NCBI GenBank assembly: GCA_035295805.1
Contig: DATGII010000157.1
Coordinates: forward strand, 158-64,157
Origin: Bryobacteraceae bacterium
GTDB taxonomy: Bacteria > Acidobacteriota > Terriglobia > Bryobacterales > Bryobacteraceae
Direction of reading: 5' to 3'
Length of the DNA stretch: 64,000 bases
Position numbers and translations under genes: made by a program. The notes below the pieces were generated by a model that had not been told where the DNA came from, did not search any database, and worked only from the letters and a program-made list of their open reading frames with translations. Shown here piece after piece: positions 52,478 to 62,100 of this stretch (its first letter is position 1; each line of letters begins with the position of its first letter).

Positions 52478-53806
52478 CTATTCCACAAGCGCTACCTGCT
52501 GAAGCGGTGAAACGCCTCCGGGAAGCGAGGTGTAATTGTTGTTGAAGGCGGTGGTGCCCTGAAGGGTCACGTAGTCGGCCACCACCATGGTGTATTGCGT
52601 GTCGGTACTCGAGTTGCCATACATGACCACACCATTTTTCGGGTTGTAAATCACTCCCTGATAAACCGCGGTGCTGCCGCCTCCGTAATTGTCGGGATTG
52701 CCCGTGGGCGCGCTGCGATCATCAAAAAACAGGATACCGGCATAAGCGCCGGTGGCAGGCGCGGTCAGACTCACGGTCGAATTCGCGTTGATGTTAATCG
52801 CCCCGTACGCCTGATTTCCCTTGTCGGTTTGACCAAACGTGTTATAGAAAAACACATTCGTGCCCGAGATGACAGAATTCGCGCTCTGAGTGCTCAGGCC
52901 GCCGCCGGCGAGTATGTAAGTACCGGCTGAGAAGGTGACCGTTGCATTCTCAACGCTGATTCCGCCGCAATACGTGCCCGGCTGGAGAGTGATGTTGCCG
53001 CTCTTGGCGTCATAATTCTTAAAATCGCATTCGTAAGTCGGCGTAGCTGGTACAGGCAAGCCTGCCAGCGGATCCGATGCCGGCGCAATCCCGGTGTTGG
53101 CGGAAGGGGCCAAGGGCGCGTGGGTACAGACGTTGCCTACGACATCATATTCTGGCGCGGTGATCGTGGCGCTTCCGTTCGTCGATAACGCGCAGGCGTT
53201 GTTGCTATCGACGAGGACGCCGCAAGACGACGTCAGAGCAGCCGTCCCGCCCACCGAAATCGCTCCCGCCATATTGGGATCGAGCGCATAGATGCAATCG
53301 GTGGCACCCACCACAGCGGCCGTCGAACGGCCCACCACCAGCCCGCTGAAATTTCCGAGGACAGCCGAAAACAACTGCGGCACCCTCTGATACGTCCGGT
53401 AGACAACCCAATAGGGCGCGCTCCCAATTCCAGAAGCCGTGGGGGGAGCCGAATTAAGCCCGGTCTGGTAGGTCACCGAACCCGTCGAACTGAACCCATG
53501 GGCCTGGGCATAGAGGCATCCGTCCTGAATCGGATCGGCCGGCGTCGTGATGTTGGTTGGGCACGCAGTCTCGCTGGAAGCGCATACGACGGTTGCTCCA
53601 CATGTGTAACTCGCCCCGCCATTGGTCTTATGAAACGAGACCATAGCAGACTGCGCCGCGGCTTCCGCGGCCGACTGCGCGGTCATCTTGACATAGTGCA
53701 TGTATCCTAAGTCGGTCACTAGGCCTAGCATCCCGAACAGAGGGATGCTCAGCAGGGTTGCCATCAGTAGGACTTGCCCGCGTTGTTTGTTTCCTTTTCC
53801 GCGCAT
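52478..53806 (-). CDS. TadG-like (Tad_N) putative pilus-associated protein with Thr/Gly/Ala-rich body
   Basis: The start is set at MRGKGNKQRGQVLLMATLLSIPLFGMLGLVTDLGYMHYVKMTAQSAAEAAAQSA (GGGAGG upstream); the track starts at 53842. Confidence 0.68.
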   Translation of the reverse strand: MRGKGNKQRGQVLLMATLLSIPLFGMLGLVTDLGYMHYVKMTAQSAAEAAAQSAMVSFHKTNGGASYTCGATVVCASSETACPTNITTPADPIQDGCLYAQAHGFSSTGSVTYQTGLNSAPPTASGIGSAPYWVVYRTYQRVPQLFSAVLGNFSGLVVGRSTAAVVGATDCIYALDPNMAGAISVGGTAALTSSCGVLVDSNNACALSTNGSATITAPEYDVVGNVCTHAPLAPSANTGIAPASDPLAGLPVPATPTYECDFKNYDAKSGNITLQPGTYCGGISVENATVTFSAGTYILAGGGLSTQSANSVISGTNVFFYNTFGQTDKGNQAYGAININANSTVSLTAPATGAYAGILFFDDRSAPTGNPDNYGGGSTAVYQGVIYNPKNGVVMYGNSSTDTQYTMVVADYVTLQGTTAFNNNYTSLPGGVSPLQQVALVE

Positions 53807-54404
53807 CAGTTCCTCCCAGGAATTTCGAGGGACCGGCTCCACAGACCGTCACGAGACGGATGTGCCGGCGGCTCCAGTAAGTCTATGCTGCCGAATGGGA
53901 GGGTAACAAGCTGCCAAAGGTAAGCGCGCCCCTGGGACGAGTAAGACAACGAATGGCCACTGTCGAGGGTTAATCGGGTTGGGCCGCGGCACGGAGCACA
54001 GTTTGCGGAGGGGCACGCCGATTTTCGCCTTTTCGGGAAACGTACAATTCGGAATCGGAAGAGGATTCGTTGCAGCTATGGAGCTTAGAAGTGCACCTCG
54101 CTTTGTACAAAGCGAACGCCTTCGCTCCAATTTGCAGCAGTCTGCCTATCGGAATCCTTGGCCGAGATCGAGCTTCGCGCATCGGCACCTAACCTCACTG
54201 ACCTCATTATCTCGCGCGCGTGCAAAAAAGCGGCGTCGCGGAGTACGGGACGTGAGGAATAAATGGCGAGTTTTGAAGCGGATCAAGAAATGTTCGCCGG
54301 GTTGTGATTTCTATTTAGGGACCGGCGGGTGCTTCCGGCCTGGCGCGCCATTACGACGCCCGATTGGATTTCCTTGTACAATCCTTGGCGAGGGGAAAAC
54401 GGAC

Positions 54405-55466
54405 ATGAAATTTGTGATTAGTTTAATGGTGACGGCGCAATTCGCGCTGGCACAGGGGCCGTCCGCCGGCCCGTGCGCGCCGCCGGCTCCGGCTCCGCGC
54501 GCGAATCCACCTGCGGCGCGCGCTCCTCGCGAGACCGTTCCGGCAACGCCGGAAGACCGCGCGGCGATAGCCAGACTCTCAGACCTCCCTGCCTGGCATG
54601 CGGGAGCGGGCGATGGCGATTTTTCGATCGGGCCTGAGTACGCGCCTGCTCCGGAACAGACCAAACGCGCCGGCGTTCCCGAGGGCCGGGTTGTTGAATT
54701 CGTCATGAATTCGGCCGAGAGCAAGTTCTATCCCGGCGTCAACGGGCCGTTTGAGCGGCACGTCTGCGTTTATGTACCCGCCCAGTATGTGCCGGGCACG
54801 GCCGCGCCCGTGATTGTGTCGGCGGACGCCTACGGGATGCGCTACGGGTTGCCGACCATTCTCGACAACATGATTGCCGACCACCGCCTTCCGGTGATGG
54901 CGGCCGTCATGATTGCCAATGGCGGCGCCGAGCGCAGCATGGAATACGACACGGTTTCGGCCAAGTACGCCGATTACGTGGAAGCAGAGGTCCTGCCGCG
55001 TGCCGAGAAGGAGGCCCACATCAAGCTGACGAAGGACCCCGAAGGCCGGTTGACCTTCGGAGGAAGTTCGGGCGGGGCCGTGGCCTTGACCATGGCCTGG
55101 TTCAAACCGGAGCTTTACCACCGCGTTCTGACATACTCCGGCACATATGTCGATCTGCGGAACGGCCCCGAAGCCCCGCACGGCGCGTGGGAATATCTCG
55201 AACACTTCATTCCGGATAATCCGGCCAAGCCGCTGCGGGTCTGGATGGAGGTCGCGCAGAATGATATCGGCGCGGACAGCGCATCCTCGAATCGCCGGAA
55301 CTGGGTCATTGCCAACCAGCGCATGGCGGCGGTGATGAAGGCCAAGGGCTATCACTACGAGTTCGTTTACGCGAAGAACGCGGGCCACGTCGACGCCAAG
55401 GTGATCAACCAGACCTTGCCGCAGGCACTCGAATATCTTTGGAAGGGTTATCGGACTCAGAAGTAG
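54405..55466 (+). CDS. exported esterase (esterase D / enterochelin-esterase-like alpha/beta hydrolase)
   Basis: The start is set at MKFVISLMVTAQFALAQG; the track ORF starts at 53979. GxSxG is in TFGGSSGGAVAL. Confidence 0.78.
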   Translation: MKFVISLMVTAQFALAQGPSAGPCAPPAPAPRANPPAARAPRETVPATPEDRAAIARLSDLPAWHAGAGDGDFSIGPEYAPAPEQTKRAGVPEGRVVEFVMNSAESKFYPGVNGPFERHVCVYVPAQYVPGTAAPVIVSADAYGMRYGLPTILDNMIADHRLPVMAAVMIANGGAERSMEYDTVSAKYADYVEAEVLPRAEKEAHIKLTKDPEGRLTFGGSSGGAVALTMAWFKPELYHRVLTYSGTYVDLRNGPEAPHGAWEYLEHFIPDNPAKPLRVWMEVAQNDIGADSASSNRRNWVIANQRMAAVMKAKGYHYEFVYAKNAGHVDAKVINQTLPQALEYLWKGYRTQK

Positions 55467-55534
55467 CTGTGCGGAAGAAAACATAGCCCACGATGCAAAA
55501 GAAGGGCATCGGTAACTCGGGAGGGAAACTTCAG

Positions 55535-56797
55535 ATGAAAACCCCACTGGCGAGGCTCAAACCAGATCGCCGCGGTTTCCTCAAGGGGCTTGGCGCCCTT
55601 GGGGCCGCGGGTTGGTCATCGTCGGCGGCCCACGCGTTCGCGTTGCCGGAAGACAAGATTAAGGTAGTCCATTACTTCAGCACTCCTGGCGACGCGCAAG
55701 GACGGCAAGGCCAGCCGATGGTCAATCAGTCCGCCAACGTGGTCATGATCGAGACCGAACGGGGACTGGTAGGAATCGGCGAGGGCGGGGAACCGCGCAC
55801 CATGGACGAATGCGCAAGCATGTTGATCGGTTTGGACCCGTTCCGAATCGACAACTTGTGGCAGCGGATGATGCGGGGCTACTTTTATCCCGCCGGCCGG
55901 GAGAAGCTCCATTCGCTTGGCGCGCTGGATGTGGCGTTGTGGGACTTAAAAGGAAAAGCGCTCGATGTCCCGGTTTGGCAACTGCTGGGCGGAAAATCGC
56001 GAAACTACATCGAGCTGTACTCGACCGCCTTCCCATTTCGTGGCGGAACGGTGGAAGATGCGGCGCGCGCCTGCGTGCAAGCAGGCTTTCGCACGTATCG
56101 GTACGCCACCGACAACCCGCGCGAGCGCGTGGTGGACCGTTTCAAGCTGGTCGGCAAGATGTATGACGATTGCGTGCTCCTGCACAAGGCGACTGGAGAT
56201 GGCGGATGGGCCATCGACTTTCATACCGAGCTCGATCCGAGCGACGCGATCAATCTCGCGACGATGCTCGAACCGCTGCATCCGTACTTCTGCGAGGACC
56301 TGATTCGCAGCGAGAACGTGACCTCGTACGAGCACATCCGCCAGCGGACGCGCGTGCCGATCGCGGTTGGGGAACAGTTCGGCTACAAGTGGGACATCAA
56401 TCAACTGATCGAGCACGAGCTGATCGACTACGCGCGCGTGACGCTGCCCAATGTGGGAGGAATCACGGAATTCATGAAGATCGCTGCGCTAGCCGAGACT
56501 CATTACATCGGAATGATTCCGCACTTCACCGGACCCATTTCCGAAGCCGCGCTGGTCCAGTGCCTCACCGCGACATCGCTGACGGCGTTGATGGAGATGC
56601 TCGGCGACGGAACGCGCACATGGCCGTACCTGCCCAAGGTCTACGACTTCAGGCAAGGAAAGTTGTGGCCGAACGACCGGCCGGGCCTGGGCGTGGAGGT
56701 GGACAGAACGAAGCTTACCCAGATCGGTAGATACGATACCTACCGCGCCGGCATGCTGCTGAACCAGCGGCCCGACGGCTCATTCACGAACTGGTAA
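55535..56797 (+). CDS. enolase-superfamily (mandelate racemase / acid-sugar dehydratase-like) enzyme with twin-arginine signal
   Basis: Starts MKTPLARLKPDRRGFLKGLGALGAAGWSSSAAHA (RRxFLK Tat motif). Then DVALWDLKGKALDVPVWQLLGG and the later IAVGEQ, typical of MR/MLE enzymes. GGGAGGGAAA lies upstream. Confidence 0.82.
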   Translation: MKTPLARLKPDRRGFLKGLGALGAAGWSSSAAHAFALPEDKIKVVHYFSTPGDAQGRQGQPMVNQSANVVMIETERGLVGIGEGGEPRTMDECASMLIGLDPFRIDNLWQRMMRGYFYPAGREKLHSLGALDVALWDLKGKALDVPVWQLLGGKSRNYIELYSTAFPFRGGTVEDAARACVQAGFRTYRYATDNPRERVVDRFKLVGKMYDDCVLLHKATGDGGWAIDFHTELDPSDAINLATMLEPLHPYFCEDLIRSENVTSYEHIRQRTRVPIAVGEQFGYKWDINQLIEHELIDYARVTLPNVGGITEFMKIAALAETHYIGMIPHFTGPISEAALVQCLTATSLTALMEMLGDGTRTWPYLPKVYDFRQGKLWPNDRPGLGVEVDRTKLTQIGRYDTYRAGMLLNQRPDGSFTNW

Positions 56798-56820
56798 CGG
56801 AGCTCCGAGGAAGCCAGAAT

Positions 56821-57744
56821 ATGAAAAAACCTTGCGCTGGTTTTGGTTTGCGGTTGGCCTCCGGGTTCGGTCTGGCGCTCGCCCTAATATCGGTGTCCGG
56901 AGCCGGGGCTCAGGAGAAAGCGCCGTTCTGGAGCGCCGATTTGAACCAGATTCGGCAGACAGCACGCACGATTCCCGGCGCGCGGCCGCTCCGGGTCAAT
57001 GTCCTGAAATTCGCCGAAAGCCGCCGCACCAAGAACTTCTCGGTAAAGGGAATGCCCAGCGAGCCCAGCGTGCAGGCCCGCACGGTCTACCAGGTGGTGT
57101 ATCCGGACGGTAGCATCATGATCGATTCGGGCATGGACCGGCAGGTTCACAAATTTTTCGGCCGCGGCGTCGAAGAGCCGTATTTTCCGGAAGCCGCAAG
57201 CCAAGTGGAGCGGGCACTTCGTGGCGCCCGGTCTATCGTGATGACTCATGAGCACGGAGATCACATCGCCGGCGTCATCCGGACGCCATTTTTTGCCGAA
57301 CTGGCGCCCAAAACGATTGTGACCAGAACCCAGGTGCAAACGCTTCTGACCAATCCGCAGATGCCGGAAATCCGGCTGACCCCGGAGATGGCCGCGCACT
57401 ACATCGTGATCGATTACGAGAGATATTTTCCCCTGGCCCCCGGGTTGGTGCTGATCAAGGCTCCGGGGCATACGCCGGGATCGCAGATGATCTACCTGGC
57501 GCTGCAATCGGAGCGGGAATATGTCCTGGCCGGGGACGTGGCATGGCACATGGACGGGGTTCGCCTGGTTCGCGGAAAAGATGCGGCCTGGATCAAGGAA
57601 GACGAGAACGCGCTGGCGGCCGAGCTGAAATGGCTGAACATGCTCGGCACGACAGAGAAGAACCTGTTCGTGGTGATCAGTCACGACGACGAGCAGCGGC
57701 AGGAGTACGTGCAGCGCGGCGTGCTCGGAGATGGCTTGGAGTAA
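56821..57744 (+). CDS. exported MBL-fold metallo-hydrolase (lactonase-like)
   Basis: 307-aa ORF with a signal-like N-terminus. HxHxDH is in VMTHEHGDHIAG. Confidence 0.82.
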   Translation: MKKPCAGFGLRLASGFGLALALISVSGAGAQEKAPFWSADLNQIRQTARTIPGARPLRVNVLKFAESRRTKNFSVKGMPSEPSVQARTVYQVVYPDGSIMIDSGMDRQVHKFFGRGVEEPYFPEAASQVERALRGARSIVMTHEHGDHIAGVIRTPFFAELAPKTIVTRTQVQTLLTNPQMPEIRLTPEMAAHYIVIDYERYFPLAPGLVLIKAPGHTPGSQMIYLALQSEREYVLAGDVAWHMDGVRLVRGKDAAWIKEDENALAAELKWLNMLGTTEKNLFVVISHDDEQRQEYVQRGVLGDGLE

Positions 57745-57748
57745 AGCG

Positions 57749-58831
57749 ATGACAGGAATTCGAGGGAAAGGCGTTGGGGCGACCTTGATGCTGGCGTGCT
57801 CCGGATTGGGGTTGGTGCTGTTCGCGCAATCGAGAACCGGGGAAGACCGGCTCCAGGCGGGCAATCCCAGAACGGCCGTACTCAAGCCCGCTTCCTCACC
57901 CTATATCGACGCTCATGTCCATATAGACCAGCACGAGCCGGAAGGCGCGGTCGAGCTCCTGTTGCGCGCGATGGACGGTCTGAACGGGGCGAAAGCTTTC
58001 ATCCAGACAGAGCCATATGGCCCGGACAACCCGGGGAGATGGGATGCCGAGATGATCCTGCCGGCGGTGAAAAAGCACGCAGACAAATTGATGGTGCTGG
58101 GCGGCGGCGGAACTCTCAATCCGATGATTCTCGAATCCTGGCGAACGGGCGATTCCGGACCCGAAATCCGGAAGAAATTTCGCGAGCGTGCCGAAGCACT
58201 TCTGCGGGAAGGCGTAGCGGGATTCGGGGAGTTGTCAACGGAGCATCTCTCTCTGCCGCAGTCTCCGGTGAAGGATTACGAATATGCGCCCGCGGATCAG
58301 CCATTGATGCTGCTGCTCGCCGACATTGCCGCCGAGCATCACGTTCCGATCGGCCTGCATATGGAAGGCGTGCCCAACGACATGCCGATGCCGGCGGAGT
58401 ATCAGGCGCCCAATCCGCCGGAGCTCCATGCAAATATCGCGGCCCTCGAACGGCTGCTGAGCCACAACCAACGAGCCAACATCATCTGGGCGCACGCCGG
58501 CGCCGACAACCTCGGGTATCGCACACCCGAGTTATGCCGGAGGCTGCTGCAGGCCCATGCGAATCTGTACATGGAGATCAAGTATGATCCGAATTTCCCC
58601 GGTAAGGATCCGCCGATGGTGAATGGCAAGCTGAAGCCCGAATGGTTGAAACTGTTTTCCGATTTCCCCGACCGCTTTCTTATTGGGAGCGACCAGCACT
58701 ACGATCCGCCGGCGACCGCGCCTCTGGCGCGGGCGCAACAGAATGCTTTCCTGACGGATCAGCTTCCGCCGGATTTAAGGCGCAAGATCGGGATGGAAAA
58801 CGCGCTGCGGATTTACGGGGTGCATCCTTGA
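57749..58831 (+). CDS. exported metal-dependent amidohydrolase (TIM-barrel)
   Basis: The track ORF starts at 57731. I prefer ATG 57749 (MTGIRGKGVGATLMLACSGLGLVLFAQS). HxH is in YIDAHVHID. Confidence 0.78.
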   Translation: MTGIRGKGVGATLMLACSGLGLVLFAQSRTGEDRLQAGNPRTAVLKPASSPYIDAHVHIDQHEPEGAVELLLRAMDGLNGAKAFIQTEPYGPDNPGRWDAEMILPAVKKHADKLMVLGGGGTLNPMILESWRTGDSGPEIRKKFRERAEALLREGVAGFGELSTEHLSLPQSPVKDYEYAPADQPLMLLLADIAAEHHVPIGLHMEGVPNDMPMPAEYQAPNPPELHANIAALERLLSHNQRANIIWAHAGADNLGYRTPELCRRLLQAHANLYMEIKYDPNFPGKDPPMVNGKLKPEWLKLFSDFPDRFLIGSDQHYDPPATAPLARAQQNAFLTDQLPPDLRRKIGMENALRIYGVHP

Positions 58832-58840
58832 TGCCGGCGT

Positions 58841-58880
58841 GAGTTGGCTGGGAGGCAGGGATTCGAACCCCGATACGCAG
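58841..58880. repeat. 40-bp duplicate of the 3' end of tRNA-Gln (att-like direct repeat, distal copy)
   Basis: gagttggctgggaggcagggattcgaaccccgatacgcag is identical to 63098-63137. The flanks diverge immediately on both sides. Confidence 0.85.
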
Positions 58881-58954
58881 CGTTTCGGCGGCCTGGCAGC
58901 AACGCCAGCTTGCGCTACGCTGAACTCAACCCAGCGCGGGCTGGCATCGTGCCA

Positions 58955-59173
58955 TTACACCGGATCCTCGCACCTTCCCTGCGCCGAGCTCATGTACCGG
59001 GCTCCAAATTAATCGAGGCCCGTTTCCGCATCCCGTTGTTTGGCGGTGACGCGAATTCGGTTCGTATCCGAGGACGGGGTGAACTCTTCGTCAAAGGGCA
59101 TGTAGTCATACGTCTGGGCAACGGGAAGCCAGCGTGTCAATCCGGCGGAATGCAATGATCGAGGGTCACTCAT
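58955..59173 (-). pseudogene. RHS/YD repeat-associated core remnant with in-frame stop
   Basis: Hand translation from ATG 59173 gives MSDPRSLHSAGLTRWLPVAQTYDYMPFDEEFTPSSDTNRIRVTAKQRDAETGLD*FGARYMSSAQGRCEDPV*. This resembles the RHS core consensus ...YxYxPFGE...RxxFTGKERDxETGLxYFGARYY.... TAA replaces the expected Tyr codon. Confidence 0.6.
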
Positions 59174-62100
59174 TGAGTATGCTGAACGGTCAGAACGCTA
59201 CTGGACGGGGACTGCGCACCATTTAAGGTAGCAACGATTGGATAATCGCCGTCTGGCATCGACGCGGGGATCTGAATTGCAATTTGATACGCCGCCGCAT
59301 AACTGCTGAGGACTGCCCCGAGCACTGGAATGGCGGTTCCGCCTAACGTGACGGTCACGGGACTTTGTGTCGGTGGCGCGACCGCGGTTGGCTCCTGTCC
59401 GGCGGGCACCAAGGGATTGGTCGGTCCGAAGCCCGTGCCCCAGAGAGTGATCACCTCGCCTGGTTTGGCCGCAACAGTCGTTACCCCAGGAAATGTATCG
59501 TTCTTCGCGGCAATGCTGTAATCCGCGTGTGTGGCTACCGGCTGATTCCCCGGCCATGGAAAGAACGCGGGGCTGTACAGTAGCGAACTGGTGGTGAACG
59601 GCGTGCTTGCGCCGCCACCCGTTGTGACGACTACCTGGACCGGACCATTCCCCACATCTGGAGCCTGCACGTTAATCTGTCCGGGCGAGATGGCATAGAT
59701 GTAGGCGGGTTTGCCCCCGATCGTGACGCTTACGGTGTCCAGTTGCTTCGGAAGCTGCCCGTTGATAATGGCCTTGCTCCAGTCGTCGTAGGGAAGAGGA
59801 GTAAAGTTCGATCCGTATATAGAGACGAAGGCTCCGGAGGCTACGCCGTGCTGCCCGCCTGCGGCATTAGCGACTGATGTGATTACGGGAGCGGAGAGGT
59901 GAATTGGATCGGCGAGCAGGATGATGGCGTCGAATGGCGCGAGAGTGAGGGAATCGGAGACGGCCTGCCCATTGTTGATATCGGGTGCTTGGGCTCCTTT
60001 GATGCGATGGATTCCGGTGCGGTTGAGTGCGCCTGCTAGATCGGTCACGGAAAACGTGTGCGGCTGGGCGAAAGGATTGATCAAAACAAATCCATTCTCG
60101 AAATCCCTTCGCCATGGGCCCACACCGCCCTGGTAGATCTTGACATTATCGATCGCAACTTTGCCGCCGCCGTTCGTGAGGAAAAAGTTGATCGACCAGT
60201 TTCCAGCGGAGGGAATAGTGAACGGAAAGTGCAGGGTTCCGGAGTCCCCTGCGACTGTCCCTGGTACAAGGGCGTGGTCCAAACTCTGACTACCATTATT
60301 TACGCCGATTCGAAACCCGGATTGTGCGCAATCTATAGTTTCGAGGATCCGCCAGTCGAATATCAGCAGGTACGTTACCCCGGCACTGAGGGGAATAACC
60401 GCCGGATTCGTCCGCACGCTGACGGTACCTTGCTTCGTATGGTCTGGATTACTGAGTACCAGACTTCCGCCACCAGAAATGAACTCGCCGGCGGCCTGTG
60501 TAATTGAAACCGCAGTCGACGGATTTCCGATGAACGAGTTTGGAAGGACTCCGCTCTCGAAGCCTTCCTGAAACACAAGCGTGCCCGGATTCGCCAGCTC
60601 GCTAGCATCTGCCAGGGGCTGTCCGAGGTACCCTTTCTTCGTGCGATCCTCAATTGCGTTTCCGGTAGAATCCACGGAGTATTCGTCAAACCAATAAGGC
60701 GCGCTTAATGAGTCTTTGAGGGAATATTCATAAAATCCATTACCGAGAAGGGCCGTACCCATTGAGAGGCGGTGCTGCTGGAGGTCCTGAGATGTGGGAG
60801 TGAGGTAAGCGTTCGAGAAGTTCTCCGTGTTAAAGTCGGAAGCGTTTATGCCGCAGGCCTGCATGATATTGAGTTGAGGAGCCCGCAGAAGCGTCTGCAT
60901 TCGTAAATACGAGTCGAACTCCACGCGCCAGCTAGCCGGAGAGCTGGAGGCGATTGGGGCGCCGGGTTGGTTCCACCATGAATTGAAACACTCGAACGTG
61001 TACCCGTTAACGAACGGCGCTAACGCAAACTGGGGTGCTCCCCCTGCATTGCCCATTATGAGTTGCGAGCCATTCGTGTCCAAGTTAATCTGCTGGAGCA
61101 TTTTGGCCTTAGCAGCGCGTATCATCTCGCTCGTAGATGCCGGGGTCTCGTCCCTTAGTCCGTTCCGGTTCCAGTCGTAGTTAAAAAGCGCAGGATCATC
61201 ATTGTGCGGAAAATCAGGGTTGAGCGCATCCTCCATGAAATGAAACCAGACGCCATCCCACACACCCGATGGAAAAATCTGAGTATTGAGGAAATTGGGA
61301 AGGGCGGTCCGCCATGTCTGGCCGTTGACGACAGGCACGAGGTCCGAGATATTCATGTAAAAGAGATCCGGAAAGTTCACCGGACCGATGACGTTCCCCG
61401 AAGTATCGGCTGACTTCCACTCGTCCGGCGTGCTCTTGACTAGCTGGTAATCTAAATCGATGTTGCTGCCAAATGGCGGCGTTGTTATTTGCTGTCCTTC
61501 GAGCATTCTTTGAGGGAGGATGACGGCATTGGGATTCAATGTGCGGATGCGGTGAATTGAATCGGGGTCCAAGGTTTGATTGTGAATGGAGAGGCCCGCA
61601 ATTACATCGGCAAAGGCTAGGCGGCTCTCGATCTGCGCGACCGTGTAAGTAAATGGCCGCTCATCCCAGCCAAATTGGGCCATCTCGTGTGTGCCCTCCA
61701 GAATGTAATTGCCCAGACGCGGAAAGGGGGCCGTCGCCAGGTAATTCCACGAGGGAGGAGGCGCGCTCTGCGCGGTCACGTCCTGCCGGTAAACGAAAAT
61801 GTTATCGATGACGAGCGAAACCGCAGCGGCTATGCCCAAGTGCAGAACATAGGCCGATCTACCAGCAGTCTGCGCACCCGTTGAGAAGGTCCCTGTCACT
61901 TCGGAATTTTTTAGCATCGTTGGGATGACGACCTGCGATGCCTGGTCAGTCGTTCCGGTGGGCTGGAACCATAGATAAAAAAGGGTGTCGGCGGTTCCAG
62001 GAGAGATGATCCGATAATCAAACTTGATCGTGTAGATTGTATTCGCGCCAATCGGTATTACGAACGGATCCGTGATGAATCCTCCCGGGTTGTTGAGGAG

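Noticed and set aside
58841-58935. Possible second tRNA gene
   Set aside because: Only the T-arm and 3' acceptor half are present. No TGGGAGG 5' acceptor strand or D-arm lies upstream, and the nearby CTGGC-GTTGCT-GCCAG hairpin has a 6-nt loop. I interpret it as a partial duplicate (att).
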